Source: Tubulanus polymorphus (lineage: Eukaryota > Animalia > Nemertea). From it: a stretch of DNA of 64,000 bases. A program made the position numbers and the translations under genes. Location: NCBI RefSeq assembly GCF_964204645.1, contig NC_134025.1, positions 13,826,001 to 13,890,000 on the forward strand. The letters are read 5' to 3'. The notes beneath the pieces were generated by a model, which saw only the letters and a list, made by a program, of their open reading frames with translations, had not been told where the DNA came from and searched no databases. Below, one piece after another: positions 38,251 through 51,670 of this stretch (positions are counted from its first letter, which is position 1; the number at the start of each line of letters is the position of its first letter).

Positions 38251-40233
38251 TACGGTTTATCAAAAAGTACTTAATTTTGGTCAGTGATAACTGACTTTTT
38301 AACGAGAAAACTTCAAAAAATTGATTATGGGAATTTTTGTCTCAACAAATTAATGTTCATAATTTTAATACATCCCTGGAATGACATATAAAAACTAAAA
38401 CTATGAGTGACCAAGTTTATGCAAATTTGAGGCCAGTGCCGGTTACTGACCGAGGATCATAGGATCGCTTTTAGTAGGCAGGCTAGCTTACACATCTTCA
38501 CTCAGTTATGCACGACCTACACAGTGGCGCGCGTTATCTTTAACTGATAGCCTTATACACGCAGTGAACATGAGAGTATAAGGCGATATTGCTTACACGA
38601 CTTTACACGACTGTTTCCAACGTGAAACGCTCATCACTGTGCCACGATTAACAAACTAATATAAATAATCAGACTCCAAAATGGTTCGTTAATGCGAATG
38701 TCAATAAAACGACTTCAATTTAAGATGATAAAACAATTATTCAAGTCGTGTAAATATCAGACTCATCTTAAAAAATTAGATGCTATCAGTTGATCAGTAT
38801 CATCAGTGAAACTGCTGTGTGCGAACACGGATTTTTCAGCAATTAGAAACCAGAATTTCCCCAGATATCTTGATGCAACGCTACCTTATGCACGGGACTT
38901 CAAAACTAGATGAATCATTGAACACATTGCACACAATAGATCGTTATATCATACGCCTTGAGTATCAGTATTCGCGCTAGTTTTGATGAATATGAACCTC
39001 TTCAATTGTGCTGCCATTTTGTTTAGCGAAAAAGCGCACCTGCTGATCCACCTCATTTACATATTCAATGAATGCTATAATGTCATGACGGAGTTCAAAC
39101 TGGGTCAACACAAACAATATATAACCGAGATTTTGGGGGTTTCGTCTCTGAAAGCCCATAACTACCGAACAAAGCGTTGGATCTTGACGAGATAAAGTTC
39201 TTCCGATGCAAATAGCAATGAATTTTCACATGCGTAATTTTGGAAAGTTAAAGATGCTGCATAAAAAATGTGCTCAAATAAATCGAATTTTTGAAACTTT
39301 TTGGTTAATTTCTTAAAAAATATGAAACCCACGGCTTTCAACTTTGCGCACCATAAAGAATAACAAATTACGAAATATATTTTTGCTCAATGCGTTCAAT
39401 TCGCCCATTAGCAGTGCAATTACAGGCTTCTGAAATTGTGTTTGAGTGTGCTAAAAATAGCCCAGGTCATTTTCAGTATGACAAGTTCATCTCCTTGGCC
39501 TCTCCCTCAACATGCGTACTTACTAAATGAATGACCCCATATTTATATCATGCTATCTGATGTATTTTGCAAATTCATATCATATTATATTAAGATGATA
39601 TATATTTTCCTTCTCCCGCCATTTGTAAATTTTGTGTTAGTGTGTGTATGACTGATGAGTATATGTGTTTTGAATGCATGTGAGGGATAGGTGTCTCATA
39701 CCTGACAAGCAACTTTGCTTTAAATGAGCACCAGTGACATTGGAACATCCTTTATAAATATAAGATTCGTTACAATTTCTTGTGGAAATAAACTATATAT
39801 CTATCTATACACTGTGGCATTTCCACCAACTCACATACGGTAAAGCATAGTGAAATGACACATTACAGATACAGATCATTCTAACCCGGCAGGGGAACTC
39901 TGCCACAGTAGACTGGGTGCACAGGTATAAGCCAGCTACACGAGACCGCTGCTATGTAGCGAAAAAATGTTCGTTGTATTTCATTTCATACTTTAGCAGC
40001 TGTATATTACTTTTAAAAAATCATGATCACGATAATGTTTCACAGAATTCATTTCTCATCGTTTCATCTTGAGTAAAGTTTTAAATGGCACTAATCGCAC
40101 ATAGAAAGTTTTCGGTGCAAAGAAGAGTATCAATACACAACATTTTGTGAGCAAGCTATTTCCAAACAGGTCTATAGAGCCATTATAAAGACTCTGTTGA
40201 AATACGATTAAGCCAATAATTAAGATATCGATC

Positions 40234-41048
40234 AATACGGGATATCAACAAATTCAAGTTCTTGAATTACTCGTTTGATGGCGCTAGTCAGAACCGGAAA
40301 TTGGAACCTAAATCCTCCATGCTCTTGTTCATTTGCAATGAAAATCTCTCGCTTCAAGTTTTCAATGATCGATATTTTACTTACTATATATCGTCACGTG
40401 TAATCCTTTAGATAGGATATCCTACCGCTACGTTGGATATGATAAAACCTCACTGCAACGACTAGAAATCACTATTAGTGTCCTAAAATTATCAAAAAAC
40501 ATTTTGCAACGGCTGAAGATGTAAAGACTGGTTGCCAGGTGGCAGCACTTGACAGCCCAATTTCGATTGTTGGTTCGAGTCCTGGTACTTTTCATATTCT
40601 TATTATGAATCCACGAGTGTAGTCCTTCTAAAATCAATTTTATTTCGCAATATTATTTCATATTTATCAGTGTAGCCTGCAATGAATTCACCTTAGAGTC
40701 TTAAACTCAACAACAAAGTGATGCCACCAGGCACCAATCATAACTTTCGTTAGCTGCTTCGAGAGTCATCGCTAAATTTGTGATTTTTCGTAGTTTTTTG
40801 ACATTTCTAGTTATCTTTAGCTTTCAAAGTGAGGTTTTATCGAATTCAACACATTGTCAGGATATCATACTTAAAGGATTATGCGTGCCTATGTATAGTA
40901 AGTAAAATATCGCTAACTAAAAACTTGAAGCGAGAGATTTTTATTGCAAATGAACTAGAACATGGCGGATTTTGGTTCCAATTTCCGGTTCTCACTAGCG
41001 CCATGAAACGAGTAATTCAAGAACTTGAATTTGTTGATATCCCGTATT
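40234..41048. mobile_element. Non-autonomous foldback/MITE element, 815 bp, with long TIRs
   Basis: AATACGGGATATCAACAAATTCAAGTTCTTGAATTACTCGTTT...GGCGCTAGT.AGAACCGGAAATTGGAACC is mirrored at 40975-41048 over >70 bp. Superfamily not determined; no TSD seen. Confidence 0.85.
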
Positions 41049-41092
41049 CCATTCAGTCCATACATTCAACAACTTGAACTGGGGATTCTCAC

Positions 41093-41259
41093 CTTTATCA
41101 GACTAGAAGAATTCGTGGCTTGCAGACCTAATGACCGGAGTAGCACCAGTGGACTGAAAGATGTATTATACAAACGACTTAATCCATCAATTGTTGCCAT
41201 CACCGGAACGACATGCCTCTGGCGCAACGTCTCATATTCTATTAGATTTGTTAAAGCTC
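41093..41259 (-). CDS. COQ6: COQ6 penultimate coding exon (167 nt)
   Basis: TTTTGCAG|GA ... AAG|GTGAGA. Translates (G)ALTNLIEYETLRQRHVVPVMATIDGLSRLYNTSFSPLVLLRSLGLQATNSSSLIK, matching COQ6 YETERQRH...LxRLY...PLVLLRxxGLQATN. Phase fits the exon at 46,852. Confidence 0.95.
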
Positions 41260-43029
41260 CTGCAAAATGAAGGAAGAAATTCAGTAATGTTTTGACTACG
41301 CTAAGTACTACTTGATTAGTTATGGCTGATATAAGATTAAATCTGAGGCTGGTCTAGGGGAGGGAGGAGGGCCAAAGCAGACTGAGTACATATGCATGTG
41401 ATCCCTTTATCCTTGTTACAGTTTTAGTTTTGTATAACAAGATGCGAATACATCTAAGCCCGCTTGTTCAGGTGCTATGTAAAGTCACAATCATATGTCA
41501 TATAAATACAAAAGCTCTAATTTTTTGAGCGGATTACCAAAATGTATAATTTCATGATGTCATGATGACCTACTTTTTGGTCATGTGATAGGTTATGTCA
41601 GTTAAGTTACATATCAAATGTGAAAGCACTATCTGGAAAACTTTCGAGTAGATGACCAAATGTTTAATTTCAGAATCTAAGATGGCCACGAGTCGGCCAA
41701 CTTGGATGACAACATTACCTAGTTTGGTTATATATCATCTCATTTCACATTCTCATACGATAAAAAGAGGCTCTGTAACGAATAGCCTCTGTCAAATCAA
41801 ATCTCAAATGCATAGCCGATAAACTCGAACAATAGATATAGGAACAACTCTCCTTTATTCTACTCCAAGATAACAAGATATCACTTTCGGTCTTACGGTT
41901 AACGTTTAAGAACCAATACTGACCAAACAAAGGATACGGACTCGGTTAAGCCCAGTCCGTCACAGGTCTACATGGAATTATATATGAGTTGATAGTCAAA
42001 ATGTGCATTTTCAGATCCAAGATTGCCGATTTTATTCAATCAGCAGAAATATCGAAGTCGTCCAAGATTTTATGAACATACACAATATATCCATTTTGAA
42101 GAGGATCAGACTAAAATCATGGTTTGTAGAGTGTTTACAAGAAATCTAACACATGGACGCAAACATGCCATACCACCGCTAAGACCCCAGAGCAGGCATG
42201 GATTCAATGGGGGGACCAGCTGGCCCGGCCCCCCTGTTTTTGATTGAGCTTACTTTCTCGGATGAATGAAGCATATGGGAATGTTACTGTAATGACAGGT
42301 TTCTGTAAAACATGGGGTAGCGGATTGGGGCCCCCATGAGGGGCTCTATTCTAGGGTACCATCATATATATTAAATCAAGGTTTTTCAATATCCGGTGTT
42401 GAAGCCGATAAGCGTGGACTTTTTTTACTGATTTAGAAGAGCTGGCCTATAAATCGCTTTAGATTCTTAAATATTGGTAACTAAAGTTTTGAAGTGGGCC
42501 GCATCACCAGAAACCAGTCAAATGGAAAACTGAAAACACTGAATCGGCTGTTTATTATCACCAAAACTTTACATCCTACTAAACAGATACAAATCATCTT
42601 CACTTAGGATGAACTTGCTCCATTATTTTTATGAGTACAGCCAATTTCTCCCTGAAGTGGAATATTCAACCACACCCTTTGTACAAATACATACATATGG
42701 TAAAGTGATAAGTTGTATTTACTTTTCTATTATGTTGAACTTAACAAACAAACATAGTCACTTTCCATACACATGTTTCTGAAAAAAACTTGAAAATAAT
42801 ATACAGCAGATTTGAATTCGGGATTCGAATTCACTAAGCTAAGCCGTTCTGGCCGCTGGTGGAAGCAAGTTTGCTAACGATACTGCACCCCGCGCAAGTG
42901 AGGGTTTCCGTTTGACTGGTACCCGCATGATCCGGCGTCCCCAATTCAAAAATTGAGTTACTAATATCTCGGAATTTAAAGCAATTTTTTAGCCAGTTCT
43001 TCCAAATCAATTGACATATAAAGGTCCAT

Positions 43030-43390
43030 GAGACGAGAAGATACACAATATCCATGTAAAACGATAACGACAGTAATCCCACAATAAATTCTGCCAAAAC
43101 GAGAAACTTGAATAGAAAAGTATATGTATTTGCGCAACGTTTCGGCTAAAGACTATTAGCCATCATCAGGCGTACCGAGAACAGGAGAATATTACAAGAT
43201 ATTCATACAAGACCAAAATAATAGAAACAGAGTGAGTGATTAAAATATTGAATGGGGAATAGATAAAAGTAATGACATAACCGCTGGAAAACAATGGTAA
43301 AGTAAGCAAAGGCAAACTAGGGGCAATATAGGTTAAAGTAATTTATAAACAAAAGACACAAACTAAGCTATGGCAACGAAGACAACAATT
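43030..43390 (-). mobile_element. Second Penelope-like terminal relic with hammerhead motif at 43,132-43,172
   Basis: Minus strand CCTGATGA-T-GGCTAA-TAGTCT-TTAGCC-GAAAC-GTTGCGC. Shares ACACAATATCC and AATCCCACAAT blocks and layout with 19,925-20,050. Confidence 0.7.
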
Positions 43391-44409
43391 GATTCTCGAG
43401 TTTCCATAGATACCAAAAATCATTGGTGCCAGAGCTCTTACAACAAGTGCACACTCGGACATTTAGAGACTGGACTAACAGCAGTAACAGTAACAGTGTA
43501 GTTTAACAAAGTAGTGACAAATTCCCTCCTGGTTTTCTAAAATACTGCTACCAAACGTATATCATCTGAAAGCCACATGTCTCTCTGTTGAGAAATGTTT
43601 TTACTTAGGTTCTATCTTGATCAGTTTAAAAGATATCAGTTAATGTAATATTAAAACCTCAACCTGTAACGGCTATCATTATGCCAATTGACAAGTTACT
43701 CGGCCATTTGCTCAGCCAGGCATCATATTAGAAAGTTGTTTACTCGGCTAAGGGATTGATTGAATTCGACAATCCACTCGGCCAAGCTTAGTAAAAATTA
43801 TGTTCTTTACTCGGTGACAAATGATAGAATTTGCCGATCTACTCGATCGAGTGACTGATTAAATCTGGCAGTCTCACTCAGCCAAGCTAGCAGTAAAGTT
43901 CGTTCTTTACTTGGCTGAGCAAAGGATTAAAAAATGTCTGTGGCAATCATAGCCGATAGGTTCACTGTATTCCGTAGACACATTTTCAGACATTCATCAC
44001 TCTTCCGTTAAACATCATTACAAAGAAGGGGGAATTTTCATATCTCGCGAATCATATGAACAACAACTTTAGCGCATGTAATTATTGATTTTAGAAAAAG
44101 AAACTAACTCTAATGTAATAAATCTACATTATAATTGTTATCTAATACAAATTGTGATGATACTACAATTAGCTATGGGCCGGATTATTGAATAAATGAA
44201 TGGCCACGCAAATTATTATGACCCGTGCTTTAGAAAAGATAGAAAAAGATAGCCGTATTCCAATTATTTGAACTGATGATAATTGCTTATTGCTTATGCT
44301 ATTCCAATCCAGCCGCAAGAGAGACGTACTAGCACGGTTAACATTCTTCTCAATTCCAAGTGTTTATGAAAAAATCTCCCATCTCCTGAATTTCGGGTCA
44401 TGATTTAAT

Positions 44410-45921
44410 GAAAAATATAACTAGGGGCCAGGGACACCATATCCACTTGGGAATGCTTTCAAAAGCACGAAATTCTAACACTTTTAATATTCAACACCCC
44501 CTGGTGACACATATACAAAACCCAAAGACCTTGAAACTCACCAACTCATTGATAGAATATGTCAAGAACTACAACTTTGCTATTGATTGTGGTTACAAAA
44601 TATATGCCTAGGCACCAATATAATATGGAAATATACTAAGTTATCCTACTATTCAACGCCCCCTGGTGACCATATACAAAATCTGATGACCTTGAAACTC
44701 ACCAAAATCATAGAAAATGCCATGAGCTACTAGTTTGCAATTGATTGTAGTTACAAAATTGCATTAAATATCCCTTTTCATAGAATACACACCACAAATT
44801 GCGATGAAAAATGTCAAACCGTTAGGAATCTACAGGACTCAAGAGTTCAGGCCAAAATTGGCCACAAAAAAAGGTCACAGGATGGCCATCTTGAGTCCGA
44901 TCGACCCAATTTATCTCATGCTGACGGGCCCCTGGGGGATACAAATATATCTGAAAGATCAAGGTAATTTAATAAAGGAGTTGGATATTTTAGAGAGAGG
45001 AAATTCTTCAGATCAGAACGCTCATTTCAAATCCGAGTAAGTCTGGATGAGTTTTGGGGACCCAAAGGACACGATTTTGGTGGCCCATCTCATCACATAT
45101 TATATCATATGAAAGCCTTGACTGTTAACTACTACAAAATAACACAAACTCGTAATAGATGCTATGAAAACTGGAAATGAGCGATTCTGTGTCGTGATGA
45201 ATTTGGATTTTCCCATGAATTCTATGAGGAGTAGTAATATAGAGACTATGTAGTGAAATTCCTGAGTGCTTATGGGTTAAAAAACAATGTTTCAGTTCAA
45301 CTGCGGGTCCATTCGGGACCTAATAAGACATGAGGACTGATGGCACTAAGATGGCTGTCAATTGCATCAAGCTTGACTGATCAAAAGATCTGTCCGATAT
45401 GTTTAGAGGGCCTTCCAAGAGTATGCCCAATACAAATTTCAATAGAAAATTGCACACCATTTGGAAGCAACAGGTCTTGGAATTCAAGACAAAATTGACC
45501 ATTCTGGGCACAAAAAAGGTCACCATCTTGTCCCAATGTTTTTCACGGCCATCTTGTCTCAATGTTTCTCATGCCATATGATGTACCATAGGGGGTGACA
45601 AGTATACGTGAAAGATCAAGATAATGGATTGAAGCATCTTCAAAATCAAGAACCTCAAATGTGTAAAAAGTGATGTTGGCGAACAAAAATAGCCACAAGT
45701 CTGCCATTTCGAATCTGACCAGGCTAGTTTTTGGGCTTAGGGTAGTAGATACATGGATGAACCAAAGATCAGAACAATACATTGAAGCGGTTTCAAAACT
45801 TCCCAAAATAACTGGATTCCTTCTACAGACAGACGAACGGTAATTCGTATCAACGAGTGGACGATGGATGAAAAGTGAACGCAATAGCTTGATGGAACTT
45901 AAGTCCCGAGTGGGCTAAAAA
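44410..45921. repeat. Cluster of Helentron/HINE-like repeat copies
   Basis: 44,410-44,990 is collinear with 30,030-30,998 plus 36,292 onward. 45,310-45,921 matches 34.9-35.1 kb and 38.0-38.25 kb and ends in the AAGTCCCGAGTGGGCTAAAAA terminus. Confidence 0.7.
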
Positions 45922-46851
45922 ACCATTCCAACATACTTTAGGCCGTAATTCGCTTACAAGAAATTTGCCCTGGCAGTTTCTTCAAGATGGTTATTAACCT
46001 CTTTTTCAACAAGGGTGGACATATCACCTGCCCCTAATTTCAGGGAAATCCATACAAACTGTATAATGCTCCGTACCAATTCAAGATGGCATATAACCTT
46101 GATCTATAATAGGGCTCACTTATTCTAATCTTCACAATAGGCTTTCCAGAAATCCATCAAGGTCTCAAGAAATAACAGATGGCACACACAAAATAAAACA
46201 AGATGTATCCTCGCTACCGAAGGACAAAAATTGGATTTCTTTAAATAAACGTGGCATGATCTATCTCATATTATCAAAAATGCTTGTTAGAAGTTTGGCG
46301 ACCATTCAGAAAAGAGCGAGAATAGGTATGATCTAAGACACAACCTCATCACAACTAACTTCCAAGTTTAAAAAAATATCCACCTGAAGTGTGCAAAGGG
46401 GTAATGAGAAATTAAAGATGTCAGTGGCCACACCAAATTACACCTACACCATGTTTAAAAAAAAATCACATATGATTAGAAGAGTGTTAATTACTTATGA
46501 GAGGTAAATGCACAGCACATGCTGTGTAAACAAGAGCCCCATAGACTCACTAGCTGTGTCATTGCAACATATAGGGTAGAGCATCAATACTCTAGGCAAG
46601 ATGCTATACTTAGATGGTGAACGATTGATAATAATATGTAAGGATACGTTGTAAATATCTCGGATGAACATTTGATATCTACAAGGATATGGGTTTAAAC
46701 GTCCAGTATCGCTTGCCAATGTTCACTCAGTAAATTTCTGGAATATCCACTGGCAATTGGAATGTGAATATTGATACGATAATCTGTAACGATTCCGGAT
46801 AAATCCGAAAGGTTGGCGGGTCTGTAATCATGTAGAATGTATAATGAGTAC

Positions 46852-46967
46852 CTATGTCAGTTCCATTTTGAACTGCTTTCTTCAGCTTTTCATGCAGACA
46901 GGCAGCATCACCAAACCCTAGATTAACACCTTGACCAGCAAGAGGATGTATTCGGTGGGCTGCATCC
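46852..46967 (-). CDS. COQ6: COQ6 internal exon (116 nt), FAD-dependent ubiquinone biosynthesis monooxygenase GD motif
   Basis: CTTTCAG|G GAT ... ATA G|GTACTC. Translates (G)[38 protein letters not shown](G), the UbiH/COQ6 signature [21 protein letters not shown]. Confidence 0.95.
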
Positions 46968-49900
46968 CTGAAAGCATGCAAGATAAAAGATAATGTACAT
47001 ACTACACTAGATTCATGACATACTTGAGTACATGAGTCACGCTAAAATAGTGGCGCAATTTAGGAGGAAAACAAGAAGCCCATGCTGCGGCTATGAATTA
47101 TATCGCCAAGGATATACAATTATTATTTAAGTTGCCAGGTTTATGATAGCAATTTTGACGGGATCAGACTGTTAAGTGTCTTTAGAATAGCCACGGAAAG
47201 ACTGAATGTCAGCTATTTAAATCATTTAACTCTGCCATTAAGTTGCACAATTATCTACGTAGTACTAATTCCTTGCGAGATTAATTTTTGACATCTCCGC
47301 AAATTTGAACTATAAAATATCAATTGAATTGAATTATCAAAATTATTGGCTCACAATTAATGCTGTCCTCTAAAACTATTAATATTTGTAACGCTAATAA
47401 TAGGGTACCCGCACTGCTACCGTGGCAATCGAGGACTCCAGAGAAGATCCTCCAGGTTTGCCAGTAGATAGTTAAGTTAGTCTTCCGCGTTCGATTTCTT
47501 CTATATTTCAATTAAAACTGAGTGAACTTTCTTAAATGAATCAATCATTTATGAAAACTATGCCAATATCTGAATATAAAAAGAGGCCCATGGGGTTTCG
47601 AGCTCTGGTTATGATATTTGCATTGATATATGTATAACCGGGTGACATCACCATTATCTGGTAAACAAATTTGTGCGAATGCAAAGTTGCTCATCCACAT
47701 TTTTGCGACAGAAAATAAAAGTGATCCCCAGTTATCCAGCATTTAGCGTCGAGGCTCATAGACCAGCCAATCAGAACCACGGAGGCATGTACATCTTTCA
47801 GTTTTAGAGCTCAGGCGAAAATTTAACATTTTAAATTTTCTAATACGGTACTTCATCATGATTTTGATCACATCGGTGATTTATTTGTTCCATAACATAT
47901 CTGGGAACATTGGTCGTGGTGGCTATATAGGGCATAAGTAATTGATATGTTGTTTCTTATCTTCCGCACGCATAGGTCTGGAGATTTTAACTTAACTATG
48001 AGATAACAGAGCTATAGGTTGATTTATTTCTGATATTTGCTGTGTTTTAGCAATTCTTTGTATGTAGCATAAAAATCCAGGAAGCCAATTAAACATTTCC
48101 AAAATTCTCATTTAAGGTCCACCAGCTCATTTTCTTCCAGATGAATGTGGCAATATTTTCCAATAGGTTTACATTTTGTTCAATGCTCTATCCAATCATT
48201 CCAGCCTTGAATGCAGATAGGCCTATATGGTTAGACAGCACAGATACTCATCAGAAATGGACAAACAATAATTGAGGTTAAAATCAAAATTTAGGTTAAA
48301 AAACAGAAAATGTCAAAACTTCATTGGCAATTAACTGTTCTTAAAACGGTAAATTTCCCAATCTAGATGATCTAAAAACCTTTGGAGTATGTGGAATTAA
48401 GTGGACACCTTCCACTCCTTTGCTTACCCAGGTACCGTAACGTATAGTACATAAAAATACATTATTGTGATGGTTTTACATCGAGAACAGCAACTTTACT
48501 AGACCTTGACTGAGTTATATAATATTTTAAGATTACCTTAAAATATTAATGTAAGTAACCATCGACGAAGTATCTAATGAAATTAAAAGAGGAGCACACT
48601 TATTTATAGTTGCCACAGAAATAGTTCAAATGATTATTCACGACAATAAAGCATTCATAATAAAGCTTATTTCAATTAAAAACTTCTTAATTAGGGACAG
48701 ACAGCATATGACAGTATTTATTACGCACTAGGAGAGCACAATAGAGCAGCGGGGGTTATACTAAGTATACACACTATGTCCTGCTAGTGGTGTGTATGTA
48801 CATACGTAAGATATATGGATTACATACCAGCTGATTTACGTAGTCCGCGGATTTTAACGTGTATGCGCTGTTACGCGAAAAATGCCAATATACCGCAAAA
48901 ACATCGTCAAACACACTTATTAGCAAACAGCAATTGCAAATGAAAAAGCGCACATAACTGTTTGGAACCAATTAACTCTCATTTCAACAAAGATGATGCC
49001 AAACATTTGTCGACTGCCGCTCCTCAAAAACGGCGTAATTGCCGCCGGCTCTGGCTGGCGCCATTGTCTATTACTTTTTCAAAGAAAGAATGTATTTTGT
49101 AGCAAAAATAAGACAAGACAAAGCTAAGCTAAGACTATAGAAATTGCCTCACTTAGCAAGTTCGAGATACTAAATTAGATAACTTATAATCCTCACAAAC
49201 GAACAAACTATAAGCGAACTAAGCTCGGCATGAATGTCAAATGAATTACTCGCCTTTTTCTGATTCCCAAAATTACGTCAGAGGTGCCGAAACTCCCGGA
49301 AATTCCGAGAATTTCCCGTATTCATGTCGGAAACACAAATATAGGTCAACACAAGTAACTTATAGAAAGGGAAGAATTTTCTATGTTTTTCGCGATTTTC
49401 TCGAAAAATATTGCAGCTTACCGGCCTGACCTCCGCGCATCAATTCTACTTGCTTCACGATGAAAGACAACCCAGAAGTATTACCACTAGATCTCGTGCC
49501 GCGATTTAACATACTCTTGGCAGACTGCCAACCAACAGCCATAACATAAGTAAACCAAAAATGAACATAATGGTAAAAACATATAAAAGTCATTGACAAA
49601 ATATTTTTGAAATCGATATCTACAATGTAGATTATCATTAGAGGTTTAGATGGCAATGTTTATATCTTGATATTTATGGATTATAATCGGAATGTGACTG
49701 CCTTGTTAGATAAGCTATTCTGACAGCTGAGCTACCACTAGCGCCATCTATCGAACATAAATCGAAATTTTTGCCAGCTTTTAGAGCCAATATATCATTG
49801 GACAGTAAGCTTCTTGGCGTTGCTTATTTTGTGACTCATAATAATGAATAATGAAAAACCCTCATCAACTCAACATTTGATGTGGCGGTAAACTGATACC

Positions 49901-50829
49901 TTAATTCCATAGGCCCAAGAAAAGATCTTTTAATAAAATGAACCCTATCATGAATTATGTTTATCATGAATTAAGTTATTAAAGCGATAACTGCTTTTTT
50001 GTTTCATCAGATATGTAATAAAAATCCAATGAATTTTATTTAGAAATGAGGAAAATGCAATCAAACTTTGATACTACTGATTCTACGGAAACTGATTTTA
50101 TGATGTTAATGTTAATCTTTGCAAGGAATTTATTTTTTTGTTGTCTCTTGTGTTGTGTTTACCGGATACTCACATAGGATTGGAAGTTTTCAGAGGATAA
50201 GAAAAAACAAATCAATTACTTGTGTCCTAATTTATTTGCTACTTGGATGATTTTGGAAGGAAAATTTTCTGCCCTGTCAATCTTTAAGAATTGGTCGAGG
50301 CCTATAGACTATACGCCTATTTCTCATACTACGATAGACGAAACAGCTTATTGTATTTCTCATGCATACATAGTAAGAGGAGATGAGGGTGCTTGAAAAA
50401 TTGGGGGTTCAATTTAGTTTCTGACCCTAAGAAAAGGAAAATTGTATTGATCCTTGATAGAAGTCATTATCAATATGAAATAGTGTCACATCTCATAATT
50501 CATTGATTAAGGAAGATTTTACATGTTGCAAAAAGTTTAATATCACAATTTCAATTTCACCATTATATTCGGTTGACACTGCCTACATTTTGTGTGCAGT
50601 GTTTTATGTACTTTAACCTATAGGTTATCACGTTGCTGCGTTTCATAAACCATGTACTAAACTGCGTGGGGAGAATGCATGTACTTCGCTAGTAGCAGTT
50701 TGAGTGGTCATTCCACTAGATAGGCATTAAAAATAGTGCTTAATAATCTGCTACTAGACAAAGGCCCACGGGAAATGATTATCTTATTTAACTGCATTAC
50801 AAGATCAGGCAAATTTTTTGGTTCCACCG

Positions 50830-50940
50830 TTACGTAGGTGCCCGAGGAAAGGGCTTAATTGTCTTACCATTAGGTAGGTGTCAAAAGAGGGGCTTAATTG
50901 TCCTCCTACTGCCAGGTAGGTGCCCAAAGACAGGGCTTGT
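50830..50940. repeat. Three degenerate ~40-bp tandem repeats
   Basis: GTAGGTG(C/T)C..A...AGGGCTT(AATT)GTC occurs three times. Confidence 0.6.
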
Positions 50941-50978
50941 CAATTTGCGGATTGACAAGTATTATCGAGCCGAAGAAT

Positions 50979-51670
50979 CAGGGTCTTAGCACCCGTCCTA
51001 CCCGTCATTTACGACGGGAGAAAATGAAAAACTGAAATTGACCGGACGGGGAAAGTTTGGTCAAGACGGGTCAGAATATGAAGATTTTCTCAAAAATGAC
51101 AGGCTGTATAAAAAACATAGCAGGCGTTTTGTTTATTATGCATGTGTATCCATCTGACCCTTTACAATAAATAAATGATAACCCCTTGTGTAGTACGTAT
51201 GTATGTCATGATACTGTAGCCTGCAAACTTAAAAATAGCTTCTGTACCTATCATGGTATGGAAGTACTACAAACAGCTGTTATGTATATCAGTGCTGAGA
51301 CAAGTGTCTAGTGACATTGCTCAACCTCCAAAAGTCCTAGTAAATGATAAATAAATATATACATACTTAGATCTCAGTTAATTTAAGCTTCGTTATTTTT
51401 TTTTCATCTATTCCTATCATCGCTCACATTCAGACAGGTTTTATACCTATCCATTCCTCTGACTCCAAGTGCTCTTAAAATCACTTAAATTGTGGCCGAA
51501 ATTTAAAATTTTTAGGCCCCTTTGACTAGGGGGACACCCCCTCGAGCTCCCCCGTCTCAGTACCTGCGGTACCTCGGGTGTCGTCTGCGGCGCCACTTGA
51601 GTTGGACTGGCTGATTATTTCAGATGTTCCAATTTTGACAGGTACATATTCATTTCTGGCTAAGACCCTG
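50979..51670. mobile_element. hAT-type MITE, 692 bp
   Basis: 12-bp TIRs CAGGGTCTTAGC / GCTAAGACCCTG and a perfect 8-bp TSD CGAAGAAT (50971-78, 51671-78). Confidence 0.92.

Noticed and set aside
39480-39810. Possible 3' end of an L2/CR1-group LINE (GACAAGC..GCTT stem, AATAAA, short repeat tail)
   Set aside because: No coding remnant to anchor the call; too weak to list as a feature.
48415-48445. Minus-strand TGG|GTAAGC donor as the next upstream COQ6 exon
   Set aside because: The preceding sequence does not encode the expected FPL...RVALIG peptide.
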